Below are positions 53,691 to 63,654 of a stretch of 64,000 nt of DNA, piece after piece. A model generated the notes under the pieces. The model did no database searches, was not told the DNA's origin, and worked only from the letters and a program-made list of their open reading frames with translations. Position 1 is the stretch's first letter, and every line of letters begins with the position of its first letter. The position numbers and the translations under genes were made by a program. Origin of the DNA: Patescibacteria group bacterium. Lineage in GTDB: Bacteria; Patescibacteriota; Patescibacteriia; Buchananbacterales; UBA6539. The DNA is taken from the NCBI GenBank assembly GCA_028688055.1, contig JAQTYZ010000001.1, positions 242,910-306,909 on the forward strand, given 5' to 3'.

Positions 53691-54620
53691 ATGATTAATA
53701 GTCTATTTATTTTTGTTTTGTCATTATTTTTGATTATCAAGGGTGCGACCCTGGCAACAAAATATTCGGCCAAACTAGCAAAAAATTTCCATCTGTCAAA
53801 ACATCTTATTGGCTTTATTGTGGTCGCTTTCATTTCAATTTTGCCCGAGGCGCTCATATCAATAAATTCAGCGATTGAAGGAGTCCCCGAGCTTGGGCTT
53901 GGAACTCTATTTGGATCAAATGTTGCCGACCTAACTCTAATTTTTTCTATTTTAATAATATATGCTGGCCGCGGTATAAAAATCGAAAGCAAAATATTAA
54001 AAAGTGTCCGTCTCTACCCATTTTTTCTTTTTTTGCCACTAATTTTTGGACTAAATGGCCATTATTCCCGCGTTGAAGGCATGGCTCTTATCATCTCTGG
54101 AGCGCTTTTTTACTACTTAGTTTTTAAAAATGGCTTGGGATCACCGGCCGACTTACGTAGCGAAGATGACAAATACAAAAATTCATTTTTTCTGCTTTTT
54201 GCTATGATTATCCTGCTAATCGGCTCACATTTTTTGGTGACTTCGGCAACCACCTTGGCCCACCTTCTAAAAGTTACTCCGATCCTTATTGGCATGCTTA
54301 TTGTCGGCCTAGGAACAACAATGCCTGAATTATTCTATTCTCTCAAATCAATAAAGAACAAGGATGACGGACTGGCGACTGGTGATATTTTAGGGACGGT
54401 TTTGGCTGACGCCACAATCCTGGTCGGTATCTTGGCTTTTATTAGTCCTTTTTCTTTCCCAATAAAAATAATTTACATTACGGCCGTATTTATGCTAATG
54501 GCTTCACTTATATTGTTGAAATTCATGCATTCAGGAAAAGTAATCTCAAAAAAAGAAGGCTATATACTTTTGGCCTTTTGGGTAACTTACATTTTAGTGG
54601 AATTTATAGCAAATATTTAA
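53691..54620 (+). CDS. Ca2+:cation antiporter (CaCA/YrbG-like Na+/Ca2+ exchanger family)
   Basis: Two alpha-repeat regions (GTLFGSNVADL and GDILGTVLADATIL), about 10 TM. Confidence 0.75.
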   Translation: MINSLFIFVLSLFLIIKGATLATKYSAKLAKNFHLSKHLIGFIVVAFISILPEALISINSAIEGVPELGLGTLFGSNVADLTLIFSILIIYAGRGIKIESKILKSVRLYPFFLFLPLIFGLNGHYSRVEGMALIISGALFYYLVFKNGLGSPADLRSEDDKYKNSFFLLFAMIILLIGSHFLVTSATTLAHLLKVTPILIGMLIVGLGTTMPELFYSLKSIKNKDDGLATGDILGTVLADATILVGILAFISPFSFPIKIIYITAVFMLMASLILLKFMHSGKVISKKEGYILLAFWVTYILVEFIANI

Positions 54621-54686
54621 AAAATCTAATTCCAACAATTGGCTAATATCATAAATTTGATTTCACCTATCAGTTGGTTCAAAAGA

Positions 54687-54721
54687 GTCCGAACTTCCTC
54701 CCTCATGTCCCACCAAAAAAA
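54687..54721 (+). repeat. Imperfect direct repeat of the tRNA-Lys 3' end (T-arm/acceptor/CCA/A-run)
   Basis: GTCCGAAC..TCCCTCATGTCCCACCAAAAAAA compared with tRNA GTTCGAA-TCCCTCACGTCCCACCAAAAA; lies about 1.08 kb downstream of the tRNA. Confidence 0.5.
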
Positions 54722-54813
54722 TGCCTCAATTAGAAGGTGTTTTTTGTTATATATAAAAAGGGCTATTGTATTTTGTCGCAATAATATTGTCGGTGTATAC
54801 ATAATGGTATATA

Positions 54814-56136
54814 ATGAAACCGCTTATTTCTATTAAAATTATGGATCAAAAAAAGTTTCTGTTTGTGTCTTACGATGCGCTGATCAGCGATATCGCTTGG
54901 CATGTTATTAAGGAAGGTCATCAAGCAAAATACTTTATCGAAAATAAAGATGAAAAAGAAATTGCCGACGGCTTTGTCGAAAAAACTGATAATTGGGAAA
55001 ATGAGGTTAACTGGGCTGATGTCATCGTTTTTGATGATGTATTAGGAATGGGTAAACTGGCGCAAAAAATGCGGGAAAAAGGAAAGTTAGTTGTCGGCGG
55101 AACCTCATATACGGATATGCTTGAAGATGACCGATCATTTGGTCAGGAAGAATTGAAAAAACTTGGCATCCCGATTATCCCTTATCAAACATTTGAAGCA
55201 TTTGATGATGCCATCAAATTTGTTGAGTCAAATCCGGCTAAGTATGTTATTAAACCAAGCGGCGAAGCCCAAAATGTCAAATTATATCTTTTTGTCGGCG
55301 AAGAAGATGATGGCAAAGATGTCATTCAGGTCCTGGAGGCCTATAAAAAAATCCTTGAAAAAAAACCGATGGTTTTCCAGTTACAACGAAGAGTTACGGG
55401 AGTTGAAGTGGCCGTCGGTGCCTTTTTTAACGGCCATGAGTTCGTTTATCCGATTAATGTTAATTTTGAGCACAAAAAACTTTTCCCCGGAAATATTGGG
55501 CCATCAACCGGCGAGATGGGCACCAGTATGTTTTGGAGCATGCCGACCAAGATGTTTAATGCTACTCTAAAAAAAATGGAACCAAAACTTGCTGAAGAAC
55601 ATTACGTCGGTTACATTGACTTAAATTGTATCGTTAACGGCTATGGCATTTATCCGCTTGAATTCACGGCCCGCTTCGGTTATCCGACCATTAGTATTCA
55701 ACAAGAGGGGATTCAAATGCCAATCAGCGAATTTCTTTACGGGTTGGCGACTGGCGAACTAAAAAAATTCAAGGCCAAGAGCGGTTTTCAAATTGGCGTC
55801 CGGATTGTGACGCCACCGTTTCCGTATGGGGGTGATGCCAAGATTCTTGGCAAACATTCGCGCAATGCGGCCGTGATTTTCAAAAAACCAAATCTCGAAG
55901 GTGTCCACATTGAAGACGTTAAGTTGGTTGACGGTCAATGGGTTTTAACTGGCACTTCCGGCGTCGCCCTAATTGTCGTCGGCAGCGGGGCAACTATGAA
56001 ACAAGCACATAATCAAGTCTATAACCGAATCAGCAATATCCTAATTCCTGACATGTACTATCGAACCGATATCGGCTATCGCTGGTTTGAGGACAGTGAT
56101 AAATTGCATAATTGGGGATATTTAAGAGAGGCTTAA
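54814..56136 (+). CDS. ATP-grasp enzyme, phosphoribosylamine--glycine ligase (PurD)-like
   Basis: HKKLFPGNIGPSTGEMGTSM (compare PurD [20 protein letters not shown]) and IDLNCIVNGYGIYPLEFTARFGYP (compare PurD EFNCRFGDPE). The alternative start ATG at 54841 is more likely. Confidence 0.55.
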   Translation: MKPLISIKIMDQKKFLFVSYDALISDIAWHVIKEGHQAKYFIENKDEKEIADGFVEKTDNWENEVNWADVIVFDDVLGMGKLAQKMREKGKLVVGGTSYTDMLEDDRSFGQEELKKLGIPIIPYQTFEAFDDAIKFVESNPAKYVIKPSGEAQNVKLYLFVGEEDDGKDVIQVLEAYKKILEKKPMVFQLQRRVTGVEVAVGAFFNGHEFVYPINVNFEHKKLFPGNIGPSTGEMGTSMFWSMPTKMFNATLKKMEPKLAEEHYVGYIDLNCIVNGYGIYPLEFTARFGYPTISIQQEGIQMPISEFLYGLATGELKKFKAKSGFQIGVRIVTPPFPYGGDAKILGKHSRNAAVIFKKPNLEGVHIEDVKLVDGQWVLTGTSGVALIVVGSGATMKQAHNQVYNRISNILIPDMYYRTDIGYRWFEDSDKLHNWGYLREA

Positions 56137-56198
56137 TATAATAGAATATTGGTCGGATATTAAATTGGGCTAAGGTGAGACCAAAAAAATCGCACTAA

Positions 56199-56864
56199 TT
56201 GCGATTTTTTTGTTATAATAAAAATATGTGGCTAAATAAAAGCATCCTATTTCTTAGTGCACCATTAACCATCCTATTTATCGTTTTTTATTTAATCATC
56301 TTAAATCCCATTTTTTACAATTTTAAACTCTCTAATGACAATTTTTTCGCCATTCACCCTCTTAATAAGAGGGAAATAATTAATAATATTTTTGGCTATC
56401 TTAACAATCAAGAAAATATTACCAGTAACTATTTTTCTCAAACGGAACTACACCATTTATCAGACCTAAAAAAACTTGGACAAAGGCTAAGTATTATTAC
56501 TATTGGTTTTTTCATCACCACGGTAGTTTCTTTTTTAACAATTTATACCAAACGAGGCAAAATGAAGTACCCGCTAATAATTATGGCTAAATCGCTATTT
56601 TTTTTCGGATTACTTATGCTATTGTGCCTATTATTGGTAAGCCGTAATTTTGAGTTCTTTTTTTTAACTTTCCATAAATTTAGCTTCAGCAATAATTATT
56701 GGCAACTTGACCCTAATGTTGATGTGCTAATAAATGTTTTTCCACCAAAAATTTTTTACCAGCTAATTACCAACATTTTTATTACCGTAATCCTAATTGA
56801 TTTTATAGGCAGCTCGCTAGCTTACTGGCTTTATAAAAAACAAAACCTAAATGAAAAAAAATAA
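56199..56864 (+). CDS. Integral membrane protein, DUF1461 / TIGR01906-like
   Basis: 4 TM; FSQTELHHLSDLKKL resembles the family EinHlxDVKxLF motif; tentative. Confidence 0.4.
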   Translation: MRFFCYNKNMWLNKSILFLSAPLTILFIVFYLIILNPIFYNFKLSNDNFFAIHPLNKREIINNIFGYLNNQENITSNYFSQTELHHLSDLKKLGQRLSIITIGFFITTVVSFLTIYTKRGKMKYPLIIMAKSLFFFGLLMLLCLLLVSRNFEFFFLTFHKFSFSNNYWQLDPNVDVLINVFPPKIFYQLITNIFITVILIDFIGSSLAYWLYKKQNLNEKK

Positions 56865-59535
56865 TTGGCACTCATTACCGCTGACTGAAGTCTATAAATT
56901 ACTAAATTCGGGAATAAACGGAATAAGCTTTCAGGATGCTTCAGAACGGCAAAAAAAAATGGGCCTGAATGAATTACCGACTGACTCTAAACTTAATGGA
57001 TTTAAAATATTATTTAGTCAGCTATCAAGCCCGTTAGTCTATATTTTAATTGCGGCGGCAATCATTTCCGCTTTCCTTCAGGACGGTGTTGATACCGTTG
57101 TTATTTTAATTGCGGTTCTCATTAATACGGTGGTTGGTTTTTATCAGGAATACAAGGCTAATAAAGCAATGTCTTATTTGAAAAAATTAATCGATCTTAA
57201 AGCCAAGGTGCTACGTGAAGGCAATGAGATAAAAATTAAAAGTAATCAGCTAGTGCCGGGTGACATTATTTATCTTGATCCGGGTGATAAAATTCAAGCG
57301 GACTGCCGATTAATATCAATTGATAACCTACAAATTAATGAAGCCGCCCTAACCGGTGAATCACTGCCGTCAACTAAAAGTGTTAAAAATATTGATATTG
57401 GCACCGCGCTCGCTGATCGAAAAAATATGGTTTATAGTGGCACCATTGTTTCATCGGGCAAAGGAATGGCGATAGTCTGCGAAACTGGACTTAATACGGA
57501 GCTGGGAAAAATTACGAAATTAGTTGCCGCGACCAATGAAGCAGACACGCCACTGCAAAAGCAGCTAAAAAAATTAAGTAAAACACTAAGTTACTTCGTG
57601 ATTATCATAACTGCCCTGATTATTACCATTGGTGTTTTTCAGGGTCGACCAATTTTTGCCTTTGGCGAGGCCGCTCGCGAAGGTATGCTCAGTACCGCCG
57701 CCGCCCTGGCCGTTGCTGCTATTCCTGAGGGCTTGCTAGTCTCGGTCACAACAATTCTCGCGATTGGTATGCAGGCTATTTTTAGAAAAAAATCCTTAGT
57801 CAGAAAATTAATTGCCGCGGAAACGTTGGGAAGTGTCTCAATAATTTGTACTGACAAAACTGGTACGCTAACTCAGGGTAATATGGAAGTCAATAAAATT
57901 GTCACTTTTGATCGTGAAACTTCCAAGCATCAATATGAAAACATTGAGACGCTTAAAGATCATGATTTAATCGAAAAAATATCACTCCTTTGCAACAACG
58001 CGGTGATCGAAAATCCCAATGAACCACTCGAAAATTGGAAGATGATTGGCGACTCAACAGAAAAAGCACTCTTGCTCAGTGCTATTCAGACCGGAATGCC
58101 CTACAAAAAAATTAGAGCTGATCAACCGAAATTAACAGAACTGTCCTTTAATTCCGAGCGTAAATTTATGGTGTCGTTGCATCAGTTGGATGACAAAAGC
58201 AATGTTATGTATGCTAAGGGCGCGCCAGAAAAAATTATTTCAATGGCTTCAAAAGTTAGAATCAACGGAAAAAAAGAAATACTAACTCCTGCTAAAACTA
58301 ATGAACTAAAAAAACGCTACGAAAAATTAACGGCTGAAGGCTTAAGATTACTAGCGTTTGCCTACCGACAAGTTCCCAAAAGTAAACATATTGATGATAT
58401 TGAAAAAGAATTGAACGATTTTATTTTTGTCGGTTTTGTTGCCCTTAAAGATCCGCTCCGGCCGGGCATTAAAGAAACCTTTGCCTTAGCAAAAGCGGCT
58501 GGCATCCGACCGATTATTGTCACCGGCGATCATCAATTGACGACGCGCGCTATCCTGCAAGAATTGGGAATTAAAATTGAAGCTCACAATATCATTGAGG
58601 GCGCTGAATTAGATAAGCTTAGCGACGAGGAATTATCCAAAAAAGTTAAATCAATTGATATTTATGCGCGAGTCGAACCGAGACACAAACTGAGGATTAT
58701 TCAAGCCTGGCAACAAAAAGGTGAAGTCGTGGCGATGACTGGTGATGGTATTAACGATGCACCAGCACTGAAATCCGCCGATATCGGCATCGCGCTGGGT
58801 TCCGGTACTGACGTTGCCAAAGAAACGTCGGACATGATTTTGCTGGATAATAATTTTAAAACTATCATTGCCGCTGTTGAGCAAGGTAGAGTTATCTATG
58901 ACAATATTAGAAAAGTTATTGTTTATCTTTTAGCGGACAGTTTCTCCGAAATTATTTTAGTTGGTGGCTCACTTTTACTCTATTTACCATTGCCAATTTT
59001 GCCCGCTCAAATAATATGGATAAATTTAATCGCTGATGGTTTTCCCAATTTAGCGCTAACAATGGAGGCCGGCGAAAAAGATATAATGTCGAACCCGCCC
59101 CGGAAAAAAAATGAAAAAATTCTAAATTCGGAAATGAAGGCCTTAATTTTTATCATTGGTATCTTTTCGGATTTAATTATGCTGGCACTTTTTTATATTT
59201 TGTGTCAATCTCAAATAGCCGAGCTCTCACATATTAGAACAATAATATTTGCGGCGGTTGGCTTAGACTCGTTAGTCTACGTATTTTCCTGTCGCAGTCT
59301 GCGCCATAGTATCTTAACCTCTAATCCATTTTCAAACGTATATTTAGTTGCAGCCGTTCTAATCGGATTTGCTTTGCAGATTACTGCCATTTATCAACCA
59401 GGCCTGGCAAATATTTTTGGAAATGTGCCCCTTGGCTTATACGATTGGCTATTAGTAACTTCCCTAACGCTAATTAAGATTACCGGAATTGAACTAACAA
59501 AACATCACTTTATAATTAAAAGAAAATATGCCTGA
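56851..59535 (+). CDS. P-type ATPase, Ca2+-transporting (type IIA/IIB-like)
   Basis: N-terminal cation-ATPase domain, TGES, phosphorylation site ICTDKTGTLTQ, MTGDGINDAPALK, 10 TM. Confidence 0.9.
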   Translation: MKKNNWHSLPLTEVYKLLNSGINGISFQDASERQKKMGLNELPTDSKLNGFKILFSQLSSPLVYILIAAAIISAFLQDGVDTVVILIAVLINTVVGFYQEYKANKAMSYLKKLIDLKAKVLREGNEIKIKSNQLVPGDIIYLDPGDKIQADCRLISIDNLQINEAALTGESLPSTKSVKNIDIGTALADRKNMVYSGTIVSSGKGMAIVCETGLNTELGKITKLVAATNEADTPLQKQLKKLSKTLSYFVIIITALIITIGVFQGRPIFAFGEAAREGMLSTAAALAVAAIPEGLLVSVTTILAIGMQAIFRKKSLVRKLIAAETLGSVSIICTDKTGTLTQGNMEVNKIVTFDRETSKHQYENIETLKDHDLIEKISLLCNNAVIENPNEPLENWKMIGDSTEKALLLSAIQTGMPYKKIRADQPKLTELSFNSERKFMVSLHQLDDKSNVMYAKGAPEKIISMASKVRINGKKEILTPAKTNELKKRYEKLTAEGLRLLAFAYRQVPKSKHIDDIEKELNDFIFVGFVALKDPLRPGIKETFALAKAAGIRPIIVTGDHQLTTRAILQELGIKIEAHNIIEGAELDKLSDEELSKKVKSIDIYARVEPRHKLRIIQAWQQKGEVVAMTGDGINDAPALKSADIGIALGSGTDVAKETSDMILLDNNFKTIIAAVEQGRVIYDNIRKVIVYLLADSFSEIILVGGSLLLYLPLPILPAQIIWINLIADGFPNLALTMEAGEKDIMSNPPRKKNEKILNSEMKALIFIIGIFSDLIMLALFYILCQSQIAELSHIRTIIFAAVGLDSLVYVFSCRSLRHSILTSNPFSNVYLVAAVLIGFALQITAIYQPGLANIFGNVPLGLYDWLLVTSLTLIKITGIELTKHHFIIKRKYA

Positions 59536-60157
59536 AAAAAATATTAAGCTTACGGCACCAGCAAGCGTCGGGATGATTATCCATCAATCAAAACTAATTC
59601 TGGCAAAAAAAATCGTCTGGCCGATAATCTTTATGTTAGCTGATTTTTTCTTTGCCTACCCATTACTTGTCAAGGGGGCTTTAACCACTGCTCTATTTTT
59701 AACAATATTGACCCTATCTTTTTTTTGGATTACTTCAAAAACCTATATTTGGTTTAATAAAAAATTGATTATATCAAATTTGACAATCATTGATGTGGAC
59801 CAAATAAATATTTTTAAAAAAATTGTTACCGTGGTAAAAATGGCAGAGGTTAATGAAGTAGCCGTCCACCGAGCAGGTTTTTGGCAGCGCGTTTTTCGAC
59901 TTGGTAACCTATACCTTATTTATAATGAGGGGAAAACCCGAATCGATTTTTTTAATATTACTAAACCCAAGTCAGTCCAAAAGTATCTTGCTACTTTTAT
60001 TCATAATGATTTAACGCCAGCTCCCGACCAAAAAATAGACGACCGTAAAATTATTGAATATTTAAAAGAAGTTAAAAAGAGTGTTGGGGAAAGAAAATTT
60101 CAAGAGATTATATCCAAGGTAGGTGAGTCAGATCGTGATGAATTAATTGAAGATTGA
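59528..60157 (+). CDS. Membrane protein with bacterial PH (bPH_2/YdbS-like) domain
   Basis: Two N-terminal TM helices followed by a roughly 100-aa beta-rich region; tentative. Confidence 0.35.
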   Translation: MPEKNIKLTAPASVGMIIHQSKLILAKKIVWPIIFMLADFFFAYPLLVKGALTTALFLTILTLSFFWITSKTYIWFNKKLIISNLTIIDVDQINIFKKIVTVVKMAEVNEVAVHRAGFWQRVFRLGNLYLIYNEGKTRIDFFNITKPKSVQKYLATFIHNDLTPAPDQKIDDRKIIEYLKEVKKSVGERKFQEIISKVGESDRDELIED

Positions 60158-60192
60158 ATGTAATTATGTTATAATATTGTCAGCCAATCACT

Positions 60193-60579
60193 ATGACCGT
60201 ACATTATGGCCGAACTAAATTAGGTAAAATAAAAAAATGGCTTACCTCCATTGTTCTTTTGTTAGTTTTAATGGTGGTTGTTTATAGTCTGGCTCAAAGC
60301 TGGCTGAAGAATCAAGAAGTAAACTCCGAGATCGTCGGCCTACAAACCAATATTGATAATCTTGAAAAAGAAAATGAACAATACCAACAGTTAATTGAGT
60401 ACTTGAACTCCAACGCCTACCTTGAAGAAAAGGCTAGAACCGACCTGGGACTAAAAAAACAAGGTGAAAAGGTAGTGGTTTTGCCCCAAAATTTGATTAA
60501 TAATCAAGCGACGGCAACTGACGATCAAGCATCAAGTCAATCCAATCTATCAAGTTGGATTAACTATTTTTTCAAATAA
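60193..60579 (+). CDS. Septum formation initiator family protein (FtsB/DivIC-like)
   Basis: Single TM, coiled coil (NIDNLEKENEQYQQL), then YLEEKARTDLGLKKQGEKVVVL, matching the DivIC/FtsB signature. Confidence 0.75.
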   Translation: MTVHYGRTKLGKIKKWLTSIVLLLVLMVVVYSLAQSWLKNQEVNSEIVGLQTNIDNLEKENEQYQQLIEYLNSNAYLEEKARTDLGLKKQGEKVVVLPQNLINNQATATDDQASSQSNLSSWINYFFK

Positions 60580-61686
60580 ATGATAGAAAAAACTAAAAAT
60601 AACATTGCCAGCACTGACACCGAAGAGATTAACCGACTTCGGGATGTCGTTTTGAAATGGGTTGACACTCAAAAGGCAGATAATCAACAAAAAAACAAAC
60701 CCACAAAAATCGCTAGCAAAGTAAAAACCACCGTCCCTAACCCCTCCCCGCCGCTGGTGAACCAAAGTTTAAAACAAAAGCATAAATTTCCTAAGTATCG
60801 TTTATTTTTTATTCTTCCACTGCTAACCGTTCTACTATTTTTTATTTTATTCTCTGGCTATCTTTATGCTTTTCATCCAGTCAATCAGGTAGTTATTGCT
60901 GTCACCAAAATTATTCCATACCCAATAATGTTTGTTGACTATCGAGCGGCTTATTACTACACCTGGGCTGAGCAAGTTTCATCGCTTAATAATTTTTACT
61001 CAAAACAACTATCTGATACCACCTTTAAAATACCGCCGATTTTGCAGACAGAAAAACATATTCTTGATAGAATGATAGAAGATTCACTGATCAAAAATTT
61101 AGCGAATCACTATGGATTAAAGGTCAGTCAATCGGAAATTGACTCACAAATTAAAAAACTTACAACATTTGTAGGTTCTACTAACACCTTGGCGGGACAG
61201 CTAGACAATTTATATGGTTGGAATGTGTCACAATTTAAGCAGGAATTGCTTGAGCCATTATTGCTTAAAAATAAAGTTGCCCTTGCCATCACGCTTGATG
61301 ACCGGCTTAATCAGCCAGCGCGTCAAAAAGCTCAAGAGGTCTTGCAAAAAATAAAGGTTGACGGTGAATCATTTGAAAAAATGGCTCAAGAGTATAGCCA
61401 AGATGTGACCGCGGTCCAAGGAGGCGATTTGGGATATTTCACCAAAGGCGAGATGGTTCCAGAATTTGAACAAGCGGCCTTTAGCCTGGGGCCAGGCCAA
61501 ATGAGTGATATTGTTAAAACCAGATTTGGCTACCACATCATAAAAGTAGTTGAAAAAATTAACGATGAAACCGGTAGTATTTCCCAGATTCGCGCCAGCC
61601 ATATCTTAATTAGATCAAAAGATTTAGACGCCTATCTTTCAGAGTTAAAGCATCAAATATGGGTTATGAGGCTAATTAAGGTATAA
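60580..61686 (+). CDS. Peptidyl-prolyl cis-trans isomerase, parvulin (PpiC) type, PrsA/SurA-like with N-terminal TM
   Basis: Parvulin domain HILI...GGDLGYF..GEMVPEFEQAAFSL..G..S.IVKT.FGYHIIKV. Confidence 0.8.
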   Translation: MIEKTKNNIASTDTEEINRLRDVVLKWVDTQKADNQQKNKPTKIASKVKTTVPNPSPPLVNQSLKQKHKFPKYRLFFILPLLTVLLFFILFSGYLYAFHPVNQVVIAVTKIIPYPIMFVDYRAAYYYTWAEQVSSLNNFYSKQLSDTTFKIPPILQTEKHILDRMIEDSLIKNLANHYGLKVSQSEIDSQIKKLTTFVGSTNTLAGQLDNLYGWNVSQFKQELLEPLLLKNKVALAITLDDRLNQPARQKAQEVLQKIKVDGESFEKMAQEYSQDVTAVQGGDLGYFTKGEMVPEFEQAAFSLGPGQMSDIVKTRFGYHIIKVVEKINDETGSISQIRASHILIRSKDLDAYLSELKHQIWVMRLIKV

Positions 61687-61691
61687 AAATA

Positions 61692-61764
61692 AGCCAACGG
61701 TGGGAGTCGAACCCACGACCTTTCCCTTACGAAGGGACTGCTCTACCAGCTGAGCTACGTTGGC
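61692..61764 (-). tRNA. tRNA-Thr (anticodon CGU)
   Basis: rc: GCCAACG-TA-GCTC-AGCTGGTA-GAGC-A-GTCCC-TTCGTAA-GGGAA-AGGTC-GTGGG-TTCGACT-CCCAC-CGTTGGC-T. Confidence 0.8.
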
Positions 61765-61767
61765 ACA

Positions 61768-61839
61768 AGCGGATGACGGGGATCGAACCCGCGATCTTCT
61801 GCTTGGGAAGCAGACGTTCTACCGCTGAACTACATCCGC
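61768..61839 (-). tRNA. tRNA-Gly (anticodon CCC)
   Basis: rc: GCGGATG-TA-GTTC-AGCGGTA-GAAC-G-TCTGC-TTCCCAA-GCAGA-AGATC-GCGGG-TTCGATC-CCCGT-CATCCGC-T; only 4 nt from tRNA-Thr. Confidence 0.85.
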
Positions 61840-61889
61840 GAAACATAAGCCATTATAGCAAATTATAAAAATAAGGAAAGTGAAACAAA

Positions 61890-62570
61890 ATGATAATCTT
61901 TAAAAATATTCAAAAAATTTATCCACCCGATGTTGATGCCTTAAAGGATGTTAATCTTCATATTAAGCCAAAAGAATTTGTTTCAATTGTTGGACGTAGT
62001 GGAACTGGTAAAACCACGATGATGAAAATTATGACGGCCGAAGAAAGGCCAACCAAGGGTCAAATCATTATCGGTGGCTGGGACATTACTAATATTCGTC
62101 CACGGGATATTCCCATTTTAAGAAGGCAAATCGGCGTCGTTTTTCAGGATTTTAAACTGCTGGGCAAAAAAACCGTATTTGAAAATATTCAATTCGCGCT
62201 GGAGGTTTGTGGGGTTGATGCAACCCGCAGCCGTGAAGTTATTCCACAAGTATTAAAGATTGTCGGCTTAACCGGCAAAGAGGATCGGTACCCAATTCAA
62301 TTGTCAGGTGGCGAACAGCAACGAGTAGCGATTGCCAGATCGTTGGTGCATCGACCGAAAATTTTGATCGCTGATGAACCAACCGGCAACCTCGACTCGA
62401 TTAATAGTCGTGAAATTGTCGACTTACTTCTCAAGATCAATGAATTTGGAACAACGGTTGTTTTGGTCAGTCACAATCGGGAGGTTATTAATTCGATTAG
62501 TAAGCGCGTTGTTGCCTTAGACAACGGCACAATTATCTCCGACCAAAAAGTCGGTAAATACATTTTGTAA
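61890..62570 (+). CDS. ftsE: Cell division ATP-binding protein FtsE
   Basis: GRSGTGKTT Walker [14 protein letters not shown] signature, [12 protein letters not shown] Walker B. Confidence 0.85.
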   Translation: MIIFKNIQKIYPPDVDALKDVNLHIKPKEFVSIVGRSGTGKTTMMKIMTAEERPTKGQIIIGGWDITNIRPRDIPILRRQIGVVFQDFKLLGKKTVFENIQFALEVCGVDATRSREVIPQVLKIVGLTGKEDRYPIQLSGGEQQRVAIARSLVHRPKILIADEPTGNLDSINSREIVDLLLKINEFGTTVVLVSHNREVINSISKRVVALDNGTIISDQKVGKYIL

Positions 62571-62571
62571 T

Positions 62572-63489
62572 ATGGTACTATCATCTTTTTTGAGAATATT
62601 TAAATTTGCCTGGCAAAGCTTTTGGCGAAACATTTGGCTTTCAATTGCCACCATCACGATTATTGTTTTAGCCTTTATTTCCATCAATTCCTTAATTATA
62701 ATCAAATTAGTAACCGACACTGCTATCAATGTTATTAAAGATAAAGTTGATATTAGTCTTTATTTCCGGCCAGATGTTACCGAGTCTCAGGTCCAGGAAG
62801 TACAGAGCTACTTAACTTCACTAACCCAAGTTAAGGACATTACCTATGTGTCTCAGGCTGACGCCTTAGAAAATTTTAAGCGCCTCCACCGTCAGGATTC
62901 GGTGATAATTTCATCATTAGATGAACTCGATTCAAATCCCATTGGCGCTACCCTTCAAGTTCAGGCCAAAAATATTGAGGATTATCCCGCCATTATGGAA
63001 GTGCTCAATAATTCAAAATATAGTGGTTTAATAATTGATAAAAACTTTGACGACCATCAGTTATACATCACAAAAATAAAAAACTTTTCTGACAACTTTA
63101 ATAAAATTGGGCTGATAACCTCGCTCATATTCTTATTCGTCGCGGCCTTGATTGTCTTCAATACCATTAGGGTTGCAATTTACACTCACCGTAGCGAAAT
63201 CGCAATTATGAAGTTAGTTGGGGCTTCCAACTGGTTTATTAGGAGCCCCTTCTTGATGGAAGCTATTTTTTATGGCATTATTGCTTGTTTGATATCAATT
63301 GCCGCTGTTTACCCAATTTTGAACTTCATTCAACCATATGTCAGTAATTTTTTCCTCACCGAGCAATATAGTATAACCAATCAATTCAACCAGTATTTTT
63401 GGGAAATATTTGGCCTTGAGTTAGTAGCTATTATTTTGTTAAATATTATTAGCAGTCTCATTGCTATTAGACGATACCTAAAGGTATAA
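62572..63489 (+). CDS. ftsX: Cell division permease FtsX
   Basis: TM1, large periplasmic loop, 3 C-terminal TM with MKLVGASNWFIR motif; immediately follows ftsE. Confidence 0.85.
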   Translation: MVLSSFLRIFKFAWQSFWRNIWLSIATITIIVLAFISINSLIIIKLVTDTAINVIKDKVDISLYFRPDVTESQVQEVQSYLTSLTQVKDITYVSQADALENFKRLHRQDSVIISSLDELDSNPIGATLQVQAKNIEDYPAIMEVLNNSKYSGLIIDKNFDDHQLYITKIKNFSDNFNKIGLITSLIFLFVAALIVFNTIRVAIYTHRSEIAIMKLVGASNWFIRSPFLMEAIFYGIIACLISIAAVYPILNFIQPYVSNFFLTEQYSITNQFNQYFWEIFGLELVAIILLNIISSLIAIRRYLKV

Positions 63490-63555
63490 TCGGACTTGAC
63501 TTTGAACCATTTTTCTATTAACGTATACTGTTGTTATCATATTCGGCGCCAGTGT

Positions 63556-63626
63556 TCGGAGGTCGTCTAAAGGCAGGACGACGGGCTTTGGACCCGTCTA
63601 TCCAGGTTCGAATCCTGGCCTCCGAG
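63556..63626 (+). tRNA. tRNA-Gln (anticodon UUG), CCA not encoded
   Basis: TCGGAGG-TC-GTCT-AAAGGCA-GGAC-G-ACGGG-CTTTGGA-CCCGT-CTAT-CCAGG-TTCGAAT-CCTGG-CCTCCGA-G. Confidence 0.8.
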
Positions 63627-63654
63627 CTTTGGCGCGGAATATCTAAAATAACTT

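Noticed and set aside
53579-53992. 137-aa minus-strand ORF
   Set aside because: Overlaps tRNA-Lys and the 5' end of the CaCA gene; no support.
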